Positions 37,040 through 51,339 are shown, counted from the whole stretch's first letter. The stretch: 59,368 nucleotides of DNA, filler included, from Sphacelaria rigidula (GCA_964200075.2; 7 parts of 7 records of this genome joined end to end with filler, not necessarily neighbours in it), one strand, 5' to 3'. Translations and numbers: made by a program. The notes: generated by a model not told the origin, from the sequence alone.

Positions 37040-39450
37040 ACTGGAGTCTACCGATACTACTCACTACATCCATGCGAAGCAATCCAGTGCTATTTGCCGA
37101 AAGAGGAGAGTTCGGGCATTGCCCCACGTGAAGGACAGAGATTTTTACATGTACTGTGCAGTAGCACTACAGTATGTACAGGGTAACGGCTCCCTTGCGG
37201 GATTGGATGATCTGTGTACGGCGAGAGTACTGAAGGAAGAGAGTGTATACAGTAGTAGCACTCTAGTACAGTATTGCGGTGGCGAATAGTTAATAGAAGT
37301 AAGTGCATAGGGCAAAACAAACTGCACACAAGGGTGACCTGCCCAACAAACACCTGTTTCGTCGCGGTACAAAAACTTCAAACCACCTGTAGCCACCATC
37401 ATATTAAAACCACCGCAACATATAGGTAACTTGTACATATCAAATAAAACCTGAGGAGTATAGCTTTCGTCAGGTGCTGGTAATATATGCAGAAAGCAAA
37501 CACCAGTTGCGGCAGCGCACGTCGAATACGAGCACTACGTTCTTACGGGGGGATAGTGTTTTCGAACCCTTTTTTTAGCATCAAACCGTAGAACCGGTTC
37601 CAATAGACAGCCCTGAACCGGACGGTTCAAAGGATCCTTTTGAAATTTGAATCAGCTTGCGCAATCTCGATATATGGGTATGTATGAAAAGGGCACCTCG
37701 AGTGAACAAGCACTTGATTGGGGCCAAGGGTTTCACGAATATCAAGGGATAACTAATTACTAAAATAATGTTTTCGTTATTTTTTGCTCCTGCGTGACAC
37801 AATTATTGATACGTTTCTTTCTAGTCATTGTTATATTCCAATCAACATTGATAGGGCTGTGAACTGGCAGCTTTGGCCAGTATGGTTTACACTGGCCGCG
37901 CCAGCGGCCAGTACATCGTTGCTGTTCCAGTTAATCTTCCAGTTAATCGGCTGCGCCCATCGACTGGAGCCGATTAACTGGAAAAAAACTGCGGCGAGCG
38001 GCGAAACCGAGCCCCAACGGCCCCCCGTGGCTGGTGAGGGAGCCTCGCGGGAGCGCCGCCGGAGGCCAGAAAAAGTGCGGTATATGGCTTGTTTTCCCTT
38101 CGAAAATGTGGATAGTGGTGAAAAATGTGACCCTTCACATTGAGGGGCCAAGAGATTTAGATTATATCAAAAAATCATATTCAAAGCGGTGAGCGATTCG
38201 AAAATTATTCATCTGTAGCATGCAGCAGCAGAGGCTCTCCGTGAGGAGCGGAGGATGGGAGCAAGGGAGCCAAGGCTGGCAGCACTTGGGGATAAGAGCG
38301 CAAAAACGAAGTCACGACCGGGCCGACAAACGCGTATGCATGTAGTTGAACAGCAAGCCATGGTGTATTTTGTATTTTGTGGTCGCAGGTTACCGTTTGA
38401 TGTTACTGCTGTCTTCGCATGCCGTGCAATGAAACGACGATAAACCTTGGCATATATCCGCCACATCACTTCGAGCTGTAGTGAGCGTGTGCTGGATCAT
38501 GTTCAAAACGCTCCTCGTGCAATTGGCAATTGGCGATTGGGGTTTGGCCGTTCTGCATAAAGCGTGCCGCCGTATATAAGTTACCACTCCGTTTTCTTTC
38601 GTGTTGTTCCTCATTCGACGTACCAGCCGTCAAACCTACACGCTGCGGCCGAAAAGCGGAAAACTGTAGAACCATGAGGTACTAGCGAGGCAGGAGAACA
38701 GGGGGAAAAGCAGAAAACACCTGAAGTAGTCAGCTAGTGATTGGCCCAGGACAAACATGTTCTTCATGCGCTATGGTACCACCACAGAGCGCCAGGCCCA
38801 TGCTGTGCAAGTCGATCGAAACACGGAAGACAAAGTATGATGCTGGGCACTGCTGCATCACCCGTCATCGACGCAACCAATTTCCATCGACGCCTTCAAA
38901 GCACCCTCCGTCTCAATTGATACCTCATATTCCTCTGCACCGGTAAAGTGCAGGCCTGGATTGTACAGTCAAATTGTATAAAATGGTTCAAGCATCTTTT
39001 CTGCAAAACCAACATACTAAAAATTGGTACGGTTCTTTTAAGCTAACGGTTGGTATATCCCAATAAAAGTTGACAATTCTACAGTGGGATATTTGTTTAG
39101 ACACTAACCCCAGGCCAGCCCAAGGCAACGTCTAAAATCATGAATATTGAGGCATAACTCATGAAAAAATATAGGACTCTTTTTTTTTCTGCTGCGTGAC
39201 ACCCTTGTTGATGCGGTTTTTTCAAGCTATAGAACGTTGCCGTCGCCCAGAAAATAGATAGTTCGCGTCGAGCTTTCACTCATTATATGTCACCGTGTTA
39301 GTAGCGGACACACCGTCGCTGTTGTGGCTTTTGCTCGCCTCTCACGACATTTTCACATACTTGTTGCAATCGACGACCTCCTCCTCGCCTGCTGTTGCTC
39401 CATCGACAACGAGGCAAAACTATAGTACAACAAAGGTAGTTGCTGCTTTG

Positions 39451-39722
39451 AAGCAAAGTTAACCAGCTTGCTGGCGTGCCCTGCGGGATCGCCCAAATCA
39501 GCGCTACGGTATTACTGTACGTTGAGAACGCTGGAGAAGGACAGTTCAAGCACTCTTCCGAGAGAGCGGACAGAGAGACACTACAGTACTTCTAAAACGC
39601 AAAGCGAAGCTAACCAGCTTGCTGACGTTCCTTACGGGATCGCCCAGATCAGCGGTACGGTTGTACATCGAGAACACTGAAATAGGATAGTTAAAGCGTT
39701 CCTTCGAGAGAGCGGACAGCGA
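39451..39722 (+). repeat. Diverged tandem duplication, unit ~150 bp
   Basis: TAACCAGCTTGCTG(G/A)CGT...CGGGATCGCCCA(A/G)ATCAGCG...CGAGAGAGCGGACAG occurs twice. Confidence 0.8.
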
Positions 39723-42700
39723 GTCAGTGCAGAAGTTACATTTATACAGTAGTAGCACAACAGTAGAGTCAGTGCAGTAGTTATATGTATACAGTCGTAG
39801 CACCACAGTATGTACAATACAATGCGGACTGTACACGTAGCTGATCTGAATTCTAAAGTTGGCATGTAAAGTACGATTTTGCGATCAATCGACCACCAAA
39901 CTATAGCTGTAAATAGTCCCAGAGCAACCTCATTCCTCCACTCAGCAAGCACACGGTCGCTGTAGTGGCTTATGCTCGTCTCTCAGCACCTTTTCACATG
40001 TTTGCGTCAATCGACCAGCCCCCACCTGTTGCTCCATCGGCCTCCACTCCTCTATTTTCGTACCTAATTTGGTTCGTCGCTCATACCCGCAGTCGCCTAC
40101 AGCATCACCCGAACAACACAGACAACAGTTATGGGTCGCAATGGAGGCCGATATTAGGTACTAAATTTCAGGTATGTGCACACCGACTACTGTATGCAGA
40201 AGAAATGAAGCCAACGTGAGCCAATCAGTATCAACCACAGGTACACGCGTCACCTCGAAATCACGACCACGCTCCTACAAAATGTACTATTAAAACGGTA
40301 CATTCTACAACAAACCTGTGATTAACGTTGCTGTACATGTGTACACAGGGTCACAACAACAGGGGGATAGCAACTGCTGTTCATATTGTTGTTGAAGCAT
40401 GTTGTGCCGATCTCGCAACGCTGAAATCACGGCAACGAATCGGAGGATTAGACTGCGGTTTCTTGCCTGCGCTTCCCACACACCCAATCCAGTGCAAGAC
40501 TTTAGGTTAGCGCCTTCGCGCGTGATACTATGTCACCAACAATCCGATATACAAAAAAGAAAAACGGTGTTTTCGGCTTTTGGGGGCTTTTCCGGTCCGC
40601 TGTCGCGAGTTGAGCAAAGTGTGTAACGTCTTCGCGTAGCTGTTGTGTGAATGCGGGGGGCTATGAAATGCCATGGGCCCACTTGTTTCTTGTGTCGAGA
40701 ACCGCGCGATCTCAAGTGTTACAGCTGTCGCATACTAAACCAAGTTAATACGTGATGAAGCGTGCGTTCTGTTCGTGGAGGCTCGGCAGAGGTGCGACCA
40801 CCTACTGGCGTGTTTCGGAAGCTCTGTGTTTCGGAAGCTCTCCTTTTTTTCTCTCGCTGGTGGTGCAGTATCCGGCCCCGTGACCTCGCGGTGTTGCGCG
40901 CACCCGCGCCCTCCCCCTGCAGGTGATCAATACCATGTTCATAATAATCTCTATTTTTACTGTTTTCAGTACGATCTTCGGCAATTACTCATCATTATTC
41001 CTCGCAAAATGAAATAAAACCTCCTGTATTTGCCGTCTCTCTGTTTGACTCCAGTTGATGCGCCCACATATATCGAAAAGTGTAACTGGTTTTCCAGAAT
41101 AGATGGGATGACAACACAACACCAATCACACACCGCGTAGCGTATTTGAAAGTGGTAGCGGACGGTGTGGTACAGGCAGGACCGTGGTAAAAGACAGCAC
41201 TGTACGGGAGGTACTGAAAAATATTGTAGTCACTCTAGCAAATATTGTACAGAAAAACATGAACACAAGGCGAACCCCTTCCACGCCACCCGCAAAATGA
41301 ATAAAGGAGAAATACAACGGTAAACTCACTCTGGCCTTGCAGTGGGTATGGCTACACACAGCAAGAGTTATGCGGGTTTGCGTTCATATTCCTCCAAGCA
41401 AGGTAGATATTTGGGTAACATTTTCTTCCGATCGCGTTTGTCGAGTCTTCCTCCGTTGCATGACCTCTTGGTTTTCGCTGCTAGCTGATTGTGGTTCTTT
41501 TGTACGTGTGCGCGTGTGAGCTGTGTTGTGCGTGCACGTGCCGTGAAGCGCTTTATCTGCCGACTGTTTTGTACGCGGGTGGATTCAAAAATGGTGTTGT
41601 TTCGACTGGCGGGTCTGCATTATTGCGTGAAAGTTGACGGGCAACCAATTGGAAGAACGACAGAAAAAGAAAATCACAAAAAATACCACAATAATTCTCC
41701 TTACCGCGCGTTCTTGCTTATGCTGCACTAACACAGGCCCATGTATACGCACCAGCTCCGACCTCCCCTCCGACGTTTCCTTCCCAGTCTCCTCCGTGCT
41801 AATTTTTCTTTTGCTCTTGTCGAGGACGGAAGGTTAGTCGGGAGACTCCTTTGAGGGGCCGACTTTGACACCCCAGGTCTCCTTGGCTACGTGTGCCATT
41901 CGAGCGTTCTTTTTGTACTCTCGGCTTCGAATTCGAATGTACAGGGCTGTGACCTTTTTCACGTTACGTCCCGCGATAGGGAAAAAAGAATAAATACAGG
42001 TTTTGAGGGGAAGCTCGAGAAGCACTTGAAAAGCAGTCCAACCCCGGGATGTGCCAACGGTGTGTGAGCGGCGTCTGAATGGGGAGGGCGTCACCTAAAC
42101 GCACGATTTCCCCACGTCAGTGATGTAGACTAGAATCAAGTGCCCCCAAGGAAACGAAGACAAGTGATCCATGGTCGCTAAAAAGGCGTTGAACACCCCG
42201 GACACGTTTCGGAGGTCAACACCCCCCTATTAGCATCCCTGACAGTGAGGCTTCCTCTCGTTTTTAGTGGTTACGATTAGCCGTGGGATTGGAAGTCTGT
42301 ATACTATTATACTGAAAATTTACGGTTGATGCCAGGGTCATTGTTTCCTTCTTATTCTGCTTTTTTTTTTTCACTGCTTNNNNNNNNNNNNNNNNNNNNN
42401 NNNNNNNNNNNNNNNNNNNNNNNTTAATTAATTAANNNNNNNNNNNNNNNNNNNNNNNNNNNNNNNNNNNNNNNNNNNNCCACTATTTTTGTCTGCGCAA
42501 AACTAGCCCGTGGCAACATGCACCCCAGCAACCCCACATGACACGAAGAAGAAAATGTGTCAAAAACGAACGACGAAGACGGAAATAAAACCTCAAGGAA
42601 AGCGCACACACCTTTTCATTTTTCTCGGAGAGAGGATACTGCATGCATACTAGTGTGCATGAAGTCCTTACAGAAGGCATAACACCCACACGCCCAACTC

Positions 42701-43394
42701 AGCCAGCACTCCAACACGTCGTGTCTAGTAGGGGTACAGCAGTACTGTACTGCTGTATGTGCGGGCGAAACGTTTGAACTGTGCGTGCTTTACAGCCTTT
42801 GCAGCCGGGGACCCGCACTATGTAGGTCTCACAATGATCCAAATACGCACTAAACTGGACGGTGCCCATTATAGTGCGGCACCCGCACTAAACCGGGTTT
42901 CGTGTGTGACAAAGCGATTTCAGCCGCATTAAACCAGGCAGGCGCACTTTATAACCCGCACTATACAGGGCCACCTACTGTATGTGATACATTATCTCGG
43001 GGTTACCAAAGTCAGCTCCTCCGCCTTCAACTCGGTCGTCATTGACTGTCGCTCAACAACAACCGCGGGTCGAGCGGATACTAAAAAGAATGCTCCACTA
43101 CTACAGCCCAGTGGTGTCTAGAAACACTGTCGCGACCGGAACCCTACATTGTGTACATGATAACTGCGTAAACTGGCCCTTCCCCTGTGCCCTTACTCCA
43201 AGAGAATCGTTCTCCTACAAGAGATATCCTACTCTGCTGTTCATCCGCCAGTCCCCCCGCCTCTCCTCCCCGCTCACCAGAATTTTGTGTCGAGCTATAT
43301 GTCCACCATTTAACCCATTATATCTCCTCTCTGCCTCCCTCCTTCCCCTTTTGGCTATTCGTTCTTTGCCCAACAAACAAAATCCGGGAAACAG

Positions 43395-46300
43395 GGGTCA
43401 GCCATAGCCGCTGCAATAGCTGCCGCAACCTTCCCTGCAACAACCGAAACCGAAGGACCACAATTCTCTATCACTGCAGCAAATGAGTTTGAGCACCATC
43501 ACCACCACCAGCAACCATCATTTCAAAGATTCAATGATGTCACCGCGTCGGAAGGAAGTGTTCGTGGAAATGAACATTACGCCACAGGCAGTAGCGGTCG
43601 CAGTCGTGGTTTCTATTTCGGGAATACAATGCCTCGCGGACAAACCGAGATGACAGCCGCACCCAGCCGTGACGATGCATCGGCATTTCTCATGGAGCAA
43701 CACCCGGGGGTGATGAATACGCGGATACAGGAGCGAAATAGCGGAACAGAGTGGGCGGAGGCGGTCGAAGTGACGAACGAAGGCTTGTCACCCCTACACG
43801 TGAGAGACTCGAGCGGTCCGTCGGCGGAGGCGGAGGAGCTGCTCCGGGCAGGGCGTCATTGTACGGAGGGAGGGGTCGAGTTCGGATTGCTGCCTAGTGC
43901 AGAGAGGGACGCAGCAAACGATCACGTGAGCGGACCAAACAAAATCATCGGATGTCTATGGGCTACCCCCTCCCTGAAGATTCATATTAATTTTACGGTT
44001 GACGCATCCATACCCTTACTTGGTGAGGATTACGTTACACTCTATGTCAGAAAAATTCGCCCAATCGACAAAACTTGAAGTATCACATGGTGTTTTAGTG
44101 CGCGCTCGAGTCCCGGGCCACGAATAAGACGTACTCGGCGGCACTGTTTCGTGTTCAGAAAATTGAATATTCTGATCTTTTTGCGGTATCTTTGGCTGCA
44201 CCTTCTACAACATGCGCACTACTTCGTGAACCACTGTCATTTCTACGATCGCATATATGTCTACGTGGTGAGAAGGTCAGCCTCATTCGGACGCTATGGC
44301 TTCAGGAGAAAGAGACAAGGTTGGCTGCTGAAGCGAAGGTATGCTCCCTATATAGACTATCTTGGAAGACAGCAGTCTGCTTCTCTTTACGCACTCTGGA
44401 AATCCGAGGTACATATCAATTGGATTGTAATTCATCATTGATTCTAACGACAAGTAAGTTTATCTCGGTACACACAGCTCACTCCCACCCGCTGTCCAAC
44501 CGGCGGTTCAAATCCCTAGGACAACAAGGGACCAGAGTCAATATGCACCAGCAAGTATATTCCCCACACGGTCAGAATCGCCGCCGAGTCATCACCTTTC
44601 CAACGATCGTAATCCAACGCATTTATTTCCAGGCAGAAGCGGTGCGAGATCAAAGCGCTCGTCTCTGGAATGAGCTCGTGCGTAGCGAGCAGCAGGTATG
44701 TTTTGTGTTTTCTCGTCGCATGACCTCTATTGTTGACAACTCGCAAATCCATGTACTATCTATTGAGATGTGTACTACCTTAGTGGACTTCCTATTTTTT
44801 TGTCAGGGGACACATTTTCTCACTTTGCTGGAATCATATGTGCTATTTGCCGTTGCGAGAAGGGGATATCCAGGGGTATGGTTCCCACATTGCAGACGGG
44901 CCTGCCAATGCGCTTGAGTATGCGCCATTGGTTGTGATGGGTTGTGTTGCTTTATAGTCTTCACCACGGCAGGCACAACGTGCAGTGAATACCTCCCTGC
45001 ACAAAGCCGCCACGGCCCTGTGGTTTCATTACTACGTGACAACAACGGCGAGCTGGGACGGAAGGTTGTGGGTTCGAATCCCGATCGATGCGATCTTTTC
45101 GAGAAGAACGCGAGTCACGCAGTCGAAAGTGTGAGGGTATAAAAGGAAAAGAAAACTCGGCGAGAATCGATGAGGTGCCGCCATGGCCATCCAATCCTCG
45201 ATTCCAAAATTCAACGCAAGGCTTGGGGGGGGGGGGGGGGCGTACTCATTTAATACTTGCCTTAGTCGTTTGACATTTGACCACGCATCCCTTTCGACAC
45301 GGAGCACGGCGCTGGGGAGAGAAATAGGATTATCCCGCGAGACTACGGACTCGTTCTGAAGAGGGGGGCAGATAACAAGAGTGACGGACGTATATATGTA
45401 TATACAAACACGCATAGATTGAACTAGTCCTATCGTCGAAGATAACAACCTGTGGACTGACCTTCCCATGTCTTTTTTTTCTTTCACCTCAACATGTTTG
45501 GCGACACCTTTGATTGAACGGAATACCTTGAGATGGGGGTATCTTGATATCAAGCCCTTCAGTGTTCCGGGATCAACTGAAGTGATATGGAGGACCGAGA
45601 GCGAATTCAAGGGAAAACGAATGAAGCGTCGACGACTGGACGCCTAACCAGTAGTTGGTGTGGTTCCTTTTCCCAGGGGATTACATTGCCCAATTTTCTC
45701 AAGCTTGAGCGAACACGAGGAAAATTGTTTACTCAGTTTGATCAGGGTTGAGCGCTTAGACCTGAGCACAGATCTGGAAGTAGCTGGCACGACTCGGGAA
45801 GTGTCGTCGTGCATGCAATGGGATCGTGGATGACTCCCCGCTCCCCATTCCCAGCCAAGTATTTTCAACTCTTGCCTATTTCATCGACACAATCACCTTC
45901 TTGGGGTGAATGACATCGTACTCGTAGGTCCAAAGCCTCGAGGAAGCATCGGCTCAGGCTAGAAAAGAGAGGGACAAGCTCCGAGCTACTCTCAGAGGTG
46001 AAGGGATAAAGGGGTGCACTTTGCAAGAGCTAGAGCAGCTTGAGAAGGAGCTGAGGAAGGCCTTGGAGAGCGTGTGTGTAGAGAGGGATCGAATCGTGCA
46101 GGAACAGCTGGCCAAGGAAGAGCAGCGACTCTGTGTCGTGTGCCAGGTACGTGTTTCTTACTCCTCAGGCATTGGTGTTGTCTTCACATTAACAATCCGT
46201 CCGATCTCTTTCGCAGTTCTTATATTCCCGTACTGGGCATCTGATCCGGAAACCTTCCATGGTAACAGGCTGACTACCCAAACCAAGGAAATCAAATGAA

Positions 46301-46949
46301 ACTAAAATCAAGACCCAGAAGATTCAACACAGACGCGACACAAGAAAAAAAACTTGTTTACCTCATAAGATACGGTGCCAAGGGCTACCATTCGGACTAC
46401 TGGAGGCAGGGCTTAACGTTCCAGCTCGACACACGAAGCCAGACACGAGAAGAGCCAGACAGTACTCTTAAAATATTCAAATTCTATTACTCATGAACGA
46501 CCGACTACAATGAAACACATCGAACTTATCTTTCAGTTCTGTACAGAGTCAGACTTGGAAATATCAGTCGGGGTGTATTTTCACCATCTCTTCTTTGTTA
46601 CACGCACACCCCGTCGAGTGAACGCAACACGGAAAGGGCGATAATATCCGTTTGTGCAGATTGCTAAAACATACCTCGCCGCAACCGAGTTCCAACGCAT
46701 GCGCAAAAGAACATCGCAATTTCACCGTCTCATTACCATCACATCGAAACAGCAACGACAGTGGCAACACACCACTAATAGCGTGTGTGCATCATGCGCG
46801 TGATCGATCTGCAGGAGAAGGAACGAGGCGTACTCCTTCTGCCTTGTCGGCACCTGTGCGTTTGCAAAGGCTGCTCGGAGCGGAAGGAGCTAACCCTGTG
46901 TCCGCTCTGCCGCGACGGCATTGCGGAACGGCTGGTTGTATACTCCTGA
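43395..46949 (+). CDS. Coiled-coil protein with C-terminal C3HC4 RING finger (IAP/MGRN-type; putative E3 ligase); 5' exons missing
   Basis: Phase-0 exons 43395-43925, 44276-44338, 44633-44695, 45928-46146, 46815-46949. The last two give CVVCQ|EKERGVLLLPCRHLCVCKGCSERKELTLCPLCR...VYS*. The first three exons are less certain. Confidence 0.85.
45009..45310 (+). mobile_element. tRNA-headed SINE-like repeat in an intron; related copy at 58843-59160
   Basis: B box GGTTCGAATCCC at 45071-45082. Shares CGAAAG(T/C)GTGAG, poly-G-CGTACTCATTT and GCATCCCT(T/C)TCGA.ACGGAG with 58843-59160. Confidence 0.6.
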
Positions 46950-47361
46950 AGGAACACGACCGCGGGTGATGAAAGCGCTTTCACGTGTCGGTTGAAGCGA
47001 CGATTAACCTCGACAACGGGACATGGGCGCACGCGAGAGGCATCAGTTTCATGGAACCGTTACCACGCAAAGTCTCCCGATTGTTGGCTATTCAGAAAGC
47101 GCTGTTTTCTGTCTCTCAGTACGCGATGAAATTGCTTGGCTGCGATATCATCCATATTCCACAGACACACATACTTCACACACCCTCAAAACAGCCTGCT
47201 GAGCTTGCGAAACGGAAGCTTGTGGTAAAGTAATCCCACCTGTCCCATTTTCCGCCCTCGAGAGCTCAACGACAGCAGATAATTCAAATAAGGACATACG
47301 CCGCTGTGCCATTCAAACCGGACAGTAACAAAGGGGCGCTATGCTGGCAAGAAAAGAGGTC

Positions 47362-50324
47362 TCAAAGTACTTCAGCACCGAACGCGGCCAGAACCGCGGA
47401 CACCACGTGCAACGACCCCGTGCAAAGAATCTCCACCCTCTCGACGGCGTCGACGCCCCCCTTTGCTCCCTCATCGCTAGCCCGGGTATCCACTAAACGA
47501 CCATTCACCCCACAAATACCGCTCGGTACTGCTTCCTCAGTGACAATGTCGTCCGCAGCAACGTCACTCCTACGGGGATGTCGTTCGAGGGATGAAACAC
47601 TGCCGTTACCAGCAGATCGCGTTGTGATCCCTAACTTCGGAGAACTTTGCCCTTCCAGGTTGGCCACCAAATCTGGCACAGTTCCTATCCCCGTGATGCT
47701 CAATAACTTACCTTTGCGCCGCTGAAGCGCGAGCCACACCTAGAGATAATGGACACGTTTTGGGCGAGCACGAGCGAGTATAGCAAGAAAATGGCACCAA
47801 GTGCGTCACTGGACAAAAAACAACTACTGTCATATGAATGGAGAGCGGAAACATGACACACTTGGCAGTGGCGGGAGTAGGAGAAGTATACAGGCTACGC
47901 ATTTTGAGTCAGTACAGTAGGTGAACCTATATTCAGTGTCCCAATACGTCAAGCCTCGGACCTAAATGCATTATGCATCTTGCGGGTATAGTACAACGCC
48001 TTTGTGGGAATCAGGCTCGAGTGCACATAGGGGCAGTTTCTGAAGGGTGATGACCTTTACAAACTATGCTTTCTTATAGGTCCGCCTACTGTGACACACA
48101 TCGCCCGTATAAACACGCGTTTTGAGTGTGTAGCACCGACCTCGGGTATTGCATGCGGGCCTTGCAGGGAGCTGCACTGCCTGTGAAAGTCATTATCATG
48201 TTTTATCCCGCCGAGAAGGGAGAGAGCAAAATGTCAGATCAAAGAAATGGTATCATCACGGCGCCTCGCCCCACCTGCTGCAGCGTCCGCTGCCAGGCTC
48301 CTCCTGCAGCTTCATTTTCGCGAGCGCTGGTTTCCTCGTCATTCCGTGGGCGTGCAGCGCTTCTATCCACAGTCGCTCGCTCTTGGGATTCTTTCAGGCC
48401 CGACCCGACTGACAGCCCATGCGGTTCGAGGATCTCGTGCGCTGTTGCGGGCGTGAACATCGACGGTCGCCCCGAGGGTACCTCGACGAACCATGCCTCG
48501 TCGAACAGTGGCCTGCCTTTGTCATCTTCGTCGTCGTTGCAATTCCCGTCGCTTTCTTTTTGCTGGCGCTGAGGCTCATCATCATTTGGTCGCGTTTCAC
48601 CAGCGCCGGCGCTTGCGCTTGTCACAGCGGCGATGGTATCGTGTGCTCGCGCTTTAACGAGAGGATCCAGGATAGGCACCACGGCGCGCTCATGCGAAGC
48701 ATTGAACCACAAAATACGTCTGGTCACACACCGGCGCCTGATGGCGATACCCCTGTCGTTTTCACACGTGACGCCATCAGATCGTTCCGCCGCCCTCGTC
48801 TTGCACCGTGGCATGTGGTCACAAAAAAGGGGTACACCATCCGTGCGTTTTGTTTCGTTTATTTTTTGGGGGGGGGAGGGGAGGAGGGGGGGAGGAGGCG
48901 AGAAAAAGCATGGAATCACGTCGGCACAAATGGGACATATTTTCCCAAGGCAATGGTTCAGAAAAAGGCCACGACGAAGAAACATACATATAAACAGAGA
49001 CAAGAACTCAATTTCTTTTTTGTGAATTCCTACTACCATATATGTGTATGCTTCCACGTTCTGACGTCGGAGAGTGAAGTCATCTCTCCCTCAGATTTTC
49101 GGCTTGCAATTGCTGCGATCAGACGTCATTTCCAGTCACATTTCCCCGTATCTCGAAATTCTTCTTCAAAGGCTCCGCAAGAGCAAAACCCTCGCTTATC
49201 GTACCCTGCCGTGGCTCACCTTGGCCATGTACCACTGGACGCATGCGTGCACGCTCTGCTCAGTATGAGCACCGTCCAGGTAGACGGTCACAGAAGGGTG
49301 GGACCTTGGTCGGAACACCTGAAAGGCACGACCGTAAATATTTGGCTCGTGAGATTTGTGTTTGCAGGGGTGGGGGGGGGGGGAGGGAGAATTGCCACCG
49401 AGGTGAGACTGTGCGTTAATATGACAACGAATAGAAAATGGAGAAGAAGCGGACAGGACGGGGTGCCGCTGGCATTCGTGTGTGGTTGAAAAAAAGGCAG
49501 TGCAAGAGTCTGACGCAGGACAGACATGTGTTAAAAAAACCAAGCGGGCGAACAGATGGTGACGACGGCAACAGCGATGGGGGTGCATGGCGCACAGAGA
49601 GAGACAGAGAGAGAGCGGACGACAACAAAAGCGGGTGCGCGAGCTTTCTCTGTATAATCACCTTCGTTACTATCCGAAGTGCATGCCTGCAATGTATGCC
49701 CTAGCAGTGTCTGAGCCTCCACGAGGGAAAACAAACCGTGGTGATGAAGGTAGGCTGATATCGATGGCACAAAGACCATCACGTGAAAAAGAAAGAGAGA
49801 CACCAGGCTGTACAATAAACAAACAGAAAAGTACCAGCTCAAGTATGCAGATATGCTACAAACGCAACAGCACCACACCAAAAACAGCTTGAAAGGCAAC
49901 ACCATAATAAAGCCCATGCCTGACAACGGCCGGGCCACGTGCACCCCGCCAACCCACGATGAACCGCCTGCGACGCCATGAATGCCTCTCTGGATCCGCA
50001 ATCCACCACACTTTTGTTGCTTTCCCTCGATCCTTCTGGCAATCCCGAAGGCACATCGTCGCCGCCCTCGCCAATGACGCTACCGCTACAGCCACCACCA
50101 ACGCCGATCTTCTCCACTTTTTCCCCTTTCCTCTCGTCAGCGGCGGGCAGCGGCCGGCACCGCATCGTTGTCTTCAATAACCAGGCTCGGCAAAGGCTCA
50201 CGGCTAAGGCAGCGTTTATACGCTGGTGGTCCGCGGCAATACCAATCTCGTATGGTGCGCCGGTCGGGTCGCAGCTGGCTAGTGGGGGGACGACTTCCAG
50301 CGTGCAGCCCGCGTCGGCAGCGCA
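47362..50324 (-). CDS. FPGS: Folylpolyglutamate synthase (FPGS/FolC family), C-terminal exons; 5' part outside this contig
   Basis: Exons 50324-49920, 49318-49220, 48799-48275, 47739-47362, all multiples of 3. Motifs HQRINAALA, GLAGCTWPGRCQ, YLDGAHTEQS, ILWFN, FDEAWF, WQRTLQQVW, ILCTGSLHVV. Confidence 0.92.
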
Positions 50325-51339
50325 CTGCCCCCCGAGACAAGAACATGCGACACGAGTGACGATTAAAACAAAGGATGTACAAACTTACGTCATCAACGAC
50401 TGAGTGTATGGCGCTTTGCTGGGGAACGAAGCCGCGATCTCTACACAGGTAACGGCGGCGGTGGAGGTGCAGGGGGGGGCAACGTGGAACTGAAAGATAT
50501 AGATCACTGAGGGAACGCCGTTCACGTGATCACCCCCATCAGCACATGCTTTTGGTGCATAGCGCCTACGAGCTTGGCCCGCCAAGAATGGGTAGTTTTC
50601 TCGCTCAGGCGACGCACGGCGTGAAATTAGGAGTTGGACGCTGAAATTTTGACAGCAGCTTATTGTGATGAACGTGCAGAATATGACGAGAGCAGAATAT
50701 AAAAGACAAGAAAAACGGGAAGTTATGGAGATTTGAAATTGCAGCAAAAACAAGCTAATGTCATAAGTTCAGGAAAAAAATGAGAATCTGCAGCTGCTCC
50801 CGGGATGTATCATTTCCTTGGGTGCAGAAGGTCTTCGTGAAATTTCAGCTCAAGAGTCGTCGAACTGGGCCGTGNNNNNNNNNNNNNNNNNNNNNNNNNN
50901 NNNNNNNNNNNNNNNNNNTTAATTAATTAANNNNNNNNNNNNNNNNNNNNNNNNNNNNNNNNNNNNNNNNNNNNGGAGAGAGAGGAGGGAGATGAAGGGG
51001 TGGGGAGGTTACTAAATCCCATATATAAATGAAAAAAATTAAGAAATAAAAAGTAAAAAGTAGATAAAGAATTGACAATTCTTGGTGGTGATTCTTTAAT
51101 TCTTCGCATACCTCCGGAGCTAAGGCCGAGTTATATTCATGACTTCCCGCACTACGTTGTACATCACACTTCCACGACAAGAACAAGACCAGACAAATAC
51201 CCCAGTGACCTGCAGTGCTTCCTCAATCGAGCTTAGCGCATCCATCTGCACCGCCAATTTGCGTCCAATGTTGTGGCAGATAGGGCCAACAGTCATGGGC
51301 GCTACCTCACCCAAGTCGCCCTTAAACGGCTGTATATTG

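Noticed and set aside
42745..42982. Pogo/Tc1-like MITE ending CCACCTACTG-TA with repeated CCCGCACTA motifs
   Set aside because: A matching left TIR could not be identified with confidence.
47705..47715. Strong donor-like AAG|GTAAGT inside the last FPGS exon
   Set aside because: The frame stays open through to the conserved TGSLH motif, so no intron is needed. Alternative use cannot be excluded without transcripts.
48419..49489. 356-aa plus-strand ORF, and similar long ORFs at 11381-11992, 13059-14829 (-) and 44192-44917
   Set aside because: These are antisense or off-frame shadows of FPGS and Gypsy sequence, or read-through across introns, with no recognisable motifs of their own.
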